From contig CAWKKR010000008.1 in the NCBI GenBank assembly GCA_963850305.1, forward strand, positions 1,696,001 through 1,760,000: a stretch of 64,000 nt of DNA. Direction: 5' to 3'. The position numbers were made by a program, and so were the translations under genes. Within the stretch, counting starts at the first letter, position 1, and each line of letters begins with the position of its first letter. The notes under the pieces are model-generated. The model was not told where the DNA came from. It saw only the letters and a list, made by a program, of their open reading frames with translations, and ran no database searches. The stretch comes from an uncultured delta proteobacterium (GTDB lineage: Bacteria; Myxococcota_A; Polyangia; Polyangiales; Polyangiaceae). Below, piece by piece: positions 49,141 through 56,949 of this stretch.

Positions 49141-49779
49141 ATGTCCAAGAACATCAACAAAACACTCCTCATCACTCTGGAGGAGAACGTCGTCGCGGCA
49201 CTCGCCAAGTACGCGCCGGACGTGAACGTCCCCATCGGGGGCAAGTCCATCGCGAGCAAGGATCTGCAAACGCAGCTTCAAGCTCACGTGGACACGATGA
49301 AGGCCACGGGCGACGCGCGCGCGAAGTATTCGCAGCTCGTCCTTCAGGGCCGGGCACAGGCGGCGGCGACCGCGCCGCTCCTGTCGGGGATCCACACGTT
49401 CGTCGCGGCAAGCTACGGGGAACAGAGCCCCGAGTTTGCGGCCTTCGGCTTCACGCCGAGGACGGCGCGGCATGCGCCATCGGCGGAATCGAGAGCCGGA
49501 GCCGTGCAGAAGCTCCTCGCGACACGCGCTGCCCGTCACACGATGGGCGATCGCCAGCGCGCCGCCATTCACGGCGTCGTCCCGACGACCACGCCCCCGA
49601 ACGGCCCCGTCGCGTCGCCGCCCACGACGACGCCAATCACGCCGTCCGTACAGCCCGCGCCCGTGGCGTCGCCGCCCGCGACGACTGCGCCCGTCGCGCC
49701 GCCCGCGTCGCCACCGGTGACTCCGGTCGCGAACGGCGCGGCCGCGGCCACCACGGCCGTGAATGGGACGTCGCATTGA
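49141..49779 (+). CDS. Hypothetical protein: helical N-terminal domain, basic ATRAARHTMG motif, Pro/Thr/Ala-rich tail
   Basis: AAGGA RBS, GC3-rich codon usage, downstream stem-loop. Confidence 0.85.
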   Translation: MSKNINKTLLITLEENVVAALAKYAPDVNVPIGGKSIASKDLQTQLQAHVDTMKATGDARAKYSQLVLQGRAQAAATAPLLSGIHTFVAASYGEQSPEFAAFGFTPRTARHAPSAESRAGAVQKLLATRAARHTMGDRQRAAIHGVVPTTTPPNGPVASPPTTTPITPSVQPAPVASPPATTAPVAPPASPPVTPVANGAAAATTAVNGTSH

Positions 49780-49793
49780 ATGAAGTGAGAGTG

Positions 49794-49837
49794 GCCGCGG
49801 GGAGCTCCGTGAGCCGGCGCTCCCCGCGGCGTTTCTT
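49794..49837 (+). terminator. Probable intrinsic terminator of 49141-49779
   Basis: Perfect 12-bp stem GCCGCGGGGAGC / GCTCCCCGCGGC followed by GTTTCTT. Confidence 0.6.
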
Positions 49838-49841
49838 CGCG

Positions 49842-49944
49842 ATGCGGTTCGGATGTGCTCCAGGGTCTCTTTGAACTCCCGAGCGAACAGATCGGGAGCA
49901 ACTTCGACGAGCCGCTCGAGGATTTCGCGCCGTACACGGCATGA
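49842..49944 (+). pseudogene. C-terminal remnant of a type II antitoxin (DUF2281/Phd-like)
   Basis: RFGCAPG then, after a frame change, LFELP..NFDEPLEDFAPY*; ATGA overlap with the PIN fragment. Confidence 0.6.
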
Positions 49945-50066
49945 ACCTGCTGCTGGATACCCACGCCTTCCTCTGGTTCATGGAGGGCAGCGAGCTCACG
50001 AAGCCCTTCGGCGATCTTCTATCGGTGCTCCTCGCGGACTCGGGTATCGAGCTGCCCCCATCGAGG
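49941..50066 (+). pseudogene. Truncated and internally deleted VapC/PIN toxin
   Basis: MNLLLDTHAFLWF is a typical PIN N-terminus; the WEIAIK segment and the C-terminal DPFDR motif are absent. Confidence 0.7.
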
Positions 50067-50158
50067 TCTCCGACCTGGCCAGCGCAAGGCCCGGTTACTG
50101 GCCTCGTCCGGCCGTGCACGCCGTACCGCACGCGCCGCAGCGTGCGGGATTCCCGGCC

Positions 50159-51748
50159 TCACCGGCAATACTGGGTGCCGAGCAGGAGCAGGGAGCCGAC
50201 GCAGGTCTGGCCCGCGCCGCAGTCTGCTCTGCTGCTGCAGAGCACGTACTTGCCGGCGCCGGTGCACGTGGCGGCGCACGCGGTGTCGGTGACCTGAGTC
50301 GCACCGCCGCCCGGGCCGACGCCGGTCGTCGTGGTGGCGCAGCACACCTGTCCGGGGCAATCGCTCGCGGTGGAGCAGGCTACCGGGACGTCGGCCCCGG
50401 TGCACTGCGCGAGGCAGGAGTAGCTGGTGACGATGCCGCCGCCGCCGACGCCGCCGCCCGCCGTGACGCCGCAGCATTTCTGATTTGCACCGCAGTTCGC
50501 GTTGCTCTGACAACCGACGGAGATGGAGCCGTTCCCGCACGCCGTGTCCGAGCAGGTGTACGTCGGGGCTCCCTGTCCAAACGCTGGCGTGTAGCAGCAG
50601 GCTTGGCCGCTCGAGCAGGTCTGGGTATTGCACGTCACGCCGGTCCCGTTGCATCCCGCGCCGACGCAAGCCGCACACGTATTCGTTGACGTATTGCACT
50701 GGGTGCGCCCGGCGACGCCGGTGCAGTCGCCGTTCGCCAGGCACTGGACGCAGGTCCCGTTCGACGTGTCGCAGACCGGACGCGCGGCGTTGCCGCAGTT
50801 GGCGTTGCCGAGGCACTGCACGCAAGCGCCTTGCGTCGTGTCGCAGTAACCTGTCGGGGCCTGGCAGGTCGCACTTGTGGTGCACTTGGCGACGCAGGCG
50901 TGAGTAGTAGTGTCGCAGACCTGTCCGGCCGCGCAATTGCCGTTGCCCGTGCACGCGACGCAGGTGTCCGTGGCCGTGTCGCAGTTGGGGCGCCCAGCTA
51001 CCCGCGCGCAGTTTTCGGGCACCGTGCACTCCACGCACGTATAGTTCTTGGTGTCGCACGCGGGCCTCGCCGCCGCGACGCAGTTGGCGTTGCCCAGGCA
51101 CTCCACGCACGTGCCGCTGGCCACGTCGCAGTACCCGTCCGGCGCGCTGCAGGTTGCGCTGCTCGTGCAGCCCCCGGTGCCTCCGTCCGTGCCCCCGCCG
51201 CTCGCGCCCCCGGTGCCGGTCGCGCCGCCGCTGCTGGCGCCGCCGGTGCCGGTCGCACCTCCGGTGCCAGTCGCACCCCCGGTGCCGGTCGCACCCCCGG
51301 TGCCGGTCGCACCCCCGGTGCCGGTCGCACCCCCGGTGCTGGCGCCGCCGGTGCCGGTCGCACCTCCGCTGCTGGCGCCGCCGGTGCCGGTCGCACCTCC
51401 GGTGCCGGTCGCGCCTCCGGTGCTGGCGTCCGTAGTCGAACCATCCGGGCCCGCGTCGGTCGGAGAACCGCCGGTGCCGGTCGTGCCCCCGGCACCCGAG
51501 TCCGTCGCCGAGCCGCCACCCGTGCCAAGCCCGGAACCGCCATTGGAGCCGACAATTAAGCCGCCGGAGCCATTGCTGAAGCCGCCACTCGCGGAAACGA
51601 CGCCACCGGCTCCGTTACCGGCGACGCCGGCGTCCTGTCCCCCGGATCCGGTACCCTGGAGACTGGTCGACGACGAGCCGCTGCAGGCAACGCCGAGGAC
51701 GGAAACCACAGAAGAAAGGACGGCGACACGAACGAACGAAGCTCTCAT
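50159..51748 (-). CDS. Cys-rich repeat lipoprotein with Gly/Thr-rich (TGGATG)n linker
   Basis: Lipobox GVAC, GGAG RBS, repeated CVECLGNANC..RPxCDT..TC modules; 18-bp coding repeats ~51190-51430. Confidence 0.85.
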   Translation of the reverse strand: MRASFVRVAVLSSVVSVLGVACSGSSSTSLQGTGSGGQDAGVAGNGAGGVVSASGGFSNGSGGLIVGSNGGSGLGTGGGSATDSGAGGTTGTGGSPTDAGPDGSTTDASTGGATGTGGATGTGGASSGGATGTGGASTGGATGTGGATGTGGATGTGGATGTGGATGTGGASSGGATGTGGASGGGTDGGTGGCTSSATCSAPDGYCDVASGTCVECLGNANCVAAARPACDTKNYTCVECTVPENCARVAGRPNCDTATDTCVACTGNGNCAAGQVCDTTTHACVAKCTTSATCQAPTGYCDTTQGACVQCLGNANCGNAARPVCDTSNGTCVQCLANGDCTGVAGRTQCNTSTNTCAACVGAGCNGTGVTCNTQTCSSGQACCYTPAFGQGAPTYTCSDTACGNGSISVGCQSNANCGANQKCCGVTAGGGVGGGGIVTSYSCLAQCTGADVPVACSTASDCPGQVCCATTTTGVGPGGGATQVTDTACAATCTGAGKYVLCSSRADCGAGQTCVGSLLLLGTQYCR

Positions 51749-52068
51749 CAGCGACTCCTTGGGAGTGATCCGTACGAATAACAGTAGTCACCGGCGCCCG
51801 TCCCGAGCAGGCACGGGTCGCGCGCTGGCCGCGACGCCCGCGCCCGCGAAACGGGGTAGCACGATGTCGTATAGTTCCTCTTCGCGAGCCCGCGTCCGAA
51901 CCGGCGGTAGCTGGCCTACCGCGGGCGCCGACGGTGTCGAGCCCGCGCCGACCTCGTCCGGCAACTCGGAGGGTCACTTACGATAAGCCTTCTTTTGCTC
52001 GTCGAAACCCGAGCAACGATTGCCACCCGGAGAGCGGCCGAACTAGACGTAACGCGGAGGCGATCAGC

Positions 52069-52842
52069 ATGGCGAGAGCGACGGGCGTTCTGGGCATGTC
52101 GATCTGGGTCGGCATCGCGTGCAGCGTCGGGTGCGGGGGTAGAGCCACGTCCGTCGGCTCCGGCTTGATCGGGGACGGCAACGACGCTCAGGTTGACGCG
52201 ACGGTCGTCGACGCTTCCGGCGGCGACGCGACGCTGCCCGATAGAACCTGTGTCAGCGACGACGATTGCGTGGCCGTGCTCGACTACCGGAACGGCTTCA
52301 TCTGCTTGGCGCCGACGGCGGCTTCGAGGCAGGCCGTCGCAGGCGACGCTTGCCTGGTCCCCTGGAAGCCCAACCCTCGGTGCACGACTCAGAGTCCGCC
52401 GCTGGATTGCCCGGGTGGACCGGTGCCGGTCGATCACTCTTGCTTCGTGACGGCGTGCGCGTTCCCCCGGTGCAAAGCGGGCACGTGCTCGCTGGACTTT
52501 CCCCTCGATTGCCCGGCGCCCGATGCGGGCCCGCCCGACTGCGCCGCACTGCTGGCCACCTATCGGAGCGTGCTCGCCGAGGCCCGTGTGTGCGACCCGA
52601 CGAAGGGCGACACGAGTTGCCAAGGGGACTACGCGGACGGGTGCGGCTGCGAGGTGCCGTATGACCTTTCGGGTCCGTACGCCAACGCCACGATGTGCGC
52701 GTTCGAGGCCTGGACGGGCGCCGGCTGCCACATCGCGCCGGCTTCCTGCGGCACGTTCACCTGTGTCGTCCCGACGAGCGCCGGAGCCTCGTGCGTTGCG
52801 AATGCGTCAGGGACGACGGGAACGTGCGAGTGGAAGCAATGA
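52069..52842 (+). CDS. Cys-rich lipoprotein
   Basis: GGAGG RBS, signal with SVGC, CVSDDDC and many further Cys. Confidence 0.75.
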   Translation: MARATGVLGMSIWVGIACSVGCGGRATSVGSGLIGDGNDAQVDATVVDASGGDATLPDRTCVSDDDCVAVLDYRNGFICLAPTAASRQAVAGDACLVPWKPNPRCTTQSPPLDCPGGPVPVDHSCFVTACAFPRCKAGTCSLDFPLDCPAPDAGPPDCAALLATYRSVLAEARVCDPTKGDTSCQGDYADGCGCEVPYDLSGPYANATMCAFEAWTGAGCHIAPASCGTFTCVVPTSAGASCVANASGTTGTCEWKQ

Positions 52843-52942
52843 GGGGCTTCGCGCCGGTCTCGTCGCGGGGAACCCGCCAGCCCAGCCGCCGATTTGCAGG
52901 AACCTGCTGCACGCGGTAGCAGCAACGCGTACCATGTGTCCA

Positions 52943-53980
52943 ATGGGTGATCGGCCGTCGGATGCGCCGGGTGAGACGTCGCTCTGGATCAATCCTGCGC
53001 TCTCGCGGCCGAATGCGGGGTCCGTGTCGCGCCTGCTTCTTGTCGGTTCGTTCATGTGTTCCTTCATCATGGGCTGCAACGGGCAGGTTTCGTCGACGGG
53101 CGGCGCGGGGGGTGCGAGGGACGCGGGCGCCGGAGGTGCCGCTTCGGGGTCTGGCGGCTCTGCTGGTTCGAGTGCAGGCGGTAGCGCCACCGGTGGAAGC
53201 GATGCGGGCACCGGTGGCGGGAGCACCGGCCCCTGCAATGTGGATGCGGATTGCTCGCCTGGCGCCTGCGGCCGATGTCCGGATGGCACCACAGCGTGCC
53301 CCACTGCCCGGTGCTTATTCGGGTTTGCCTCGGGTACCGGATACTGCAGCACCGCCCCGGCTGCCTGCCCGCAATGCAAGGTTGATGCGGACTGTGCCGC
53401 AGCTGCGTGCATGGTCTGCACCGACGGGGGCTTCGTCTGCAACTCCCTGCATTGCATCAACGGAACCTGCGGCCAGCAGAGCGTCATGGTCTGCGGGTCT
53501 CAAGTCGGCCCCGATTGCACGAGCCCGAGCCAATGTCCGGCGTCGGTCTGCGGCACCTGCCCCGACGGCAGCACGGTTTGCACGGATGGCGGTTGCACGA
53601 ATGGCTCGTGCCACGCTGGCCCAGTGAACTGCGTGCAGTGCAAATCGGACGCCGACTGCGGCCAACCCGCGTGCAGCATCTGCTACGACGGCAGCACGGC
53701 CTGCACTACTCCGACGTGCGAGAACGGGCAGTGCGCCGTCACGTACCCAAAGTGTCCCGAGCGTCCGACGGGAAGCCCGCTGCTCTGGCATTGGACGTGC
53801 GGGTTTCCGGTTTGTTATCCGATCTCGGATGCCGGGGCTGCCGACGCGTCCGTGTCATGTCCAGCGGCGGGCACGCCCTGCGCCGAGCGAGGGGCCACGT
53901 GTGGAAATGGTTCCTCGAACTGCGGCGCAGTGCTGGTCTGCGAAGACTACGATCCCACGCAGGGCGGCTGCCCAATTTAG
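52943..53980 (+). CDS. Cys-rich repeat lipoprotein with Gly/Ser linker; start uncertain
   Basis: IMGC lipobox; repeated CxxDADC..C..CPDG..C..C..G.C modules. Confidence 0.78.
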   Translation: MGDRPSDAPGETSLWINPALSRPNAGSVSRLLLVGSFMCSFIMGCNGQVSSTGGAGGARDAGAGGAASGSGGSAGSSAGGSATGGSDAGTGGGSTGPCNVDADCSPGACGRCPDGTTACPTARCLFGFASGTGYCSTAPAACPQCKVDADCAAAACMVCTDGGFVCNSLHCINGTCGQQSVMVCGSQVGPDCTSPSQCPASVCGTCPDGSTVCTDGGCTNGSCHAGPVNCVQCKSDADCGQPACSICYDGSTACTTPTCENGQCAVTYPKCPERPTGSPLLWHWTCGFPVCYPISDAGAADASVSCPAAGTPCAERGATCGNGSSNCGAVLVCEDYDPTQGGCPI

Positions 53981-54177
53981 GCTACACGCTGGCGTACTCG
54001 GCAGAGCGAGCAATCTGCCTTGCCGACGGGTGGAAGCCCCCGGGCGCCTGGGAACCCGAAGCCGGTGAAGGCCTCTTCGTGAGGCATTCATCGGCTTCTT
54101 TTTGTTGGGACCACCGTCAGCGCGAACGCGGAGTGAACGCGGCAACGACGGTCATCGTCGAGCTCGCTGCGCGGTCG

Positions 54178-55837
54178 TCACTGCCACACGACGGGCTTCT
54201 TCTGCGCGTACCAGCCGTCGGCGTTCGCCGTGTAGGCGGCCTCGATCGCCGGGCGCTTGATCTTCATCGTGGGCGTGAGATACCCATTTTCGATCGACCA
54301 TTCGTCCTTGGCGACGACCAGGAAGTCGAGTGTCTCGTACGCTTCCACCGCGCGATTCACCTCACGCAGGAGCACGTCGAGAGCTTCCGTGACCTCGCGC
54401 CGCACGGCGGGGTCGCCCGCACGTGGCCGAAGGTTTTCGGCGAGTACGACGATCGCGTGGGGTTGCGACTGCCCGGACCCCGCGACGCACGAGATCTCGA
54501 CGAAGGGGTGAACGTTGAGCAAGTTCTCGATCGGCGCGGGCGCGACGTACTTGCCCTTGCTCGTCTTGAAGAGCTCCTTCACCCGGCCGGTGATCTTGAG
54601 GCGGCCCTCGGCGTCCCGCTCGCCACGATCTCCGGTCTTGAAGAAGCCGTCGGCCGTGTAGCACTCCGCCGTCATCTCGGGCTCCTTGAAGTAGCCCATC
54701 ATGTTGGTCGGCGCTTTGATGAGCACCTCGCCGGCTTCGCTGAGCTTCACCTCCACGCCCGGCGCCGGATTGCCGACGTACCCGACGCGGCTCTTACCGG
54801 GCAGGGAGACATGCGAGTACGCAAAGTCCTCCGTCATCCCGTATCCCTCGAGCAACTCGAGTCCGAGATTGCGGTACCAGTGAATGACTTCCGGAGGGGA
54901 TCGGCGCAGAGCCGCTCAGGGCCATCCGCACCGCGCCGAAGCCGAGGCCGTCCAGGATCTTCTGTTTCACGATGCGCGACACGAGCGGAATCCGGAGCAA
55001 CCGATCGAGCTTCTTCTGCGGCATCTTCGCGAGGACGCCTGTCTGAAACTTGAGCCAGAGTCGCGGCACGCTGACGAACAGGGTCGGCCGCGCCCGTCTC
55101 AGGTCCGTGATGAACGTCTCGAGGCTCTCCGTGAAGAACACCTGAAAGCCGTGTTCCAGGGACCCCATCTCCACGCCAGCACGTTCGAAGACGTGAGCGA
55201 GCGGCAGATACGAGATCATCCGATCCTCCACCGTGACCTCGAGGATGGGCTGGAGTGCGGTCGACGCGTACGAGAGCGACGCGAACGAGTGCATCACTCC
55301 CTTCGGCACTCCCGTGCTCCCCGACGTGTAGACGAGGATCGCGAGCTCGGAAGGGTCGCGCGACGGATCTCCGGCCACGGGCTCGTGCTGTCCGATGAGA
55401 TCCGTCCACTGCGGCGCGGCCGTGGCCGGAGACAGCGGCAGTGCCACGACCGGCATACCGTCAGGGACGACCTTTTCGACCCTGTCCCAGTGATCCAGCT
55501 TGCCGACGAACAGGAGCCTGGATCCCGAGTGATCCAGGATCTGTCGCACCGCCTCGGCGCCGAGGGTCGGATAGATGGCGACGGACACGTGCCCCGCCAT
55601 CCAGATGGCCAGATCGGCGAGGATGAAGTGCGCGCTGTTCTTGGCGAGAATTGCGATGCTGCTCCCCGGCGGGAATCCCAGTGTGCCGAGGTACGCGGCC
55701 ATTCGCCGCGCTTCGTCGAGCGTTTGCCGCCAGGTGAACGTCTGGACCCGGCCGCCACCGATCGGTTGCGTCATATAGACGCGATCCGGTGCGGTCTTTT
55801 CCCAGTGATAGGCCCGATCGAGAGGAGTGTGGGTCAT
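54178..55837 (-). CDS. Long-chain acyl-CoA synthetase (AMP-binding); +1 frameshift at 54896-54899
   Basis: YTSGSTGVPKG, GSAPI, EGYGMTE, FKTGDRG, GKYVAP; deleting one base of GGGG restores GSAPIPPEVIHWYRNLG. Confidence 0.9.
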
Positions 55838-55942
55838 GTCGAAGGGCCGGAGCCTACCTCAATGTCCCCCGGCCGACGCGAATCCGCTCGTTGCCTGCGA
55901 CTCCGTGCCAGGTTTGCGGATGGACGTCGGCCCCGCCACCGC

Positions 55943-55971
55943 TTGACGTTTCCCGGCGGCGAGGGCATCAT
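55943..55971 (+). promoter_or_regulatory. Candidate sigma70 promoter of the regulator-metH operon
   Basis: TTGACG-17 bp-CATCAT. Confidence 0.5.
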
Positions 55972-55989
55972 ATCCGTGAATCTGGATAT
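55970..55989. promoter_or_regulatory. 20-bp palindromic operator, likely the autoregulatory site of the ArsR-methyltransferase repressor
   Basis: ATATCC-GTGAATCT-GGATAT overlapping the candidate -10/+1; a further GGATAT at 55992. Confidence 0.65.
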
Positions 55990-55995
55990 TCGGAT

Positions 55996-56949
55996 ATGAG
56001 GCTCTCCAGCTACGTGGAAACGCTCGCGCTCCTGAGCGACGAGAATCGGCTCCGGCTCTGTGCGCTGCTGCGCGATCGGGAGCTGTGCGTGACGGATCTC
56101 GTGCGCGTGACGGGCATTTCGCAGTCGCGGGTGTCGACGCACCTGGGACGACTGCGTGAAGCGGGCTTCGTGCGGGATCGGCGGCAAGGGCCGCAGTCAT
56201 TTTACGCGCTCGGGAGCTTGCCGGATCCGGCGCGCGCCCTGCTCGATGAGGCTGCCGGGTCGGAAGATCCGACGATCGAGGGGGACCAGGAGCGACTGAA
56301 GGAGCTCGACGCGGAGCGGAGGCACGGGCTGCCCGAGACGCTCGCCGACGAGATCGAGCGGGATTACTCGCCGGGAAGGACGTGGCAATCGCTGGCTCTC
56401 GGCGTCGCGGCGCTGCTGAAGCTCGGGGACGTGCTCGACGTGGGTTCCGGCGACGGCGCGGCCGCGAGCGTGGTCGCGCCCTACTGCGGCTCGCTCACAT
56501 GCGTCGACGTGAACGCGAAGATGCTCGACATCGCGAAGGAGCGGCTCGCGAAGTTCCCGAACGTCGTGACGCGCGTGGCGGACGTGCACGAGCTGCCCTT
56601 TCCGGAGAGCTCGTTCGACGCGGTCCTGATGCTGCACACGCTGACCTATGCCGAGAGACCGGCACGCGCTCTCTCGGAGTGTGGGCGCGTGCTGCGGCCC
56701 GGCGGGCGCCTGGTCGTGCAATGTCTCGACGAGCACAGGCAGCTGGAAGTGACGACCCCGTACGGCGAGCGGCACCACGGGTTTTCGCCGCGGAAGGTCC
56801 GGAGCTGGCTCACGCGCGCGGGACTCACCGACGTGCGCGCGGACGTCGTCTCTCGCGAGAGCAAGAAGCCGCGTCTCCAGGTCGTCCTCGGGACAGGGGA
56901 GAAGCCGAACCTGGAACCACCCAAGAAGAAGAAAGCCGGCGCCTCGTGA
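55996..56949 (+). CDS. ArsR-family HTH fused to a SAM-dependent methyltransferase domain (SahR/SamR-type methionine-cycle regulator)
   Basis: RLRLCALL..ELCVTDL..SQSRVSTHL..LREAG; VLDVGSGDG, ADVHELPF, RVLRPGG; coupled to metH. Confidence 0.88.
   Translation: MRLSSYVETLALLSDENRLRLCALLRDRELCVTDLVRVTGISQSRVSTHLGRLREAGFVRDRRQGPQSFYALGSLPDPARALLDEAAGSEDPTIEGDQERLKELDAERRHGLPETLADEIERDYSPGRTWQSLALGVAALLKLGDVLDVGSGDGAAASVVAPYCGSLTCVDVNAKMLDIAKERLAKFPNVVTRVADVHELPFPESSFDAVLMLHTLTYAERPARALSECGRVLRPGGRLVVQCLDEHRQLEVTTPYGERHHGFSPRKVRSWLTRAGLTDVRADVVSRESKKPRLQVVLGTGEKPNLEPPKKKKAGAS

Noticed and set aside
51190..51430. 18-bp tandem repeats as a non-coding element
   Set aside because: Explained by the TGGATG linker of the lipoprotein, with synonymous variation between units
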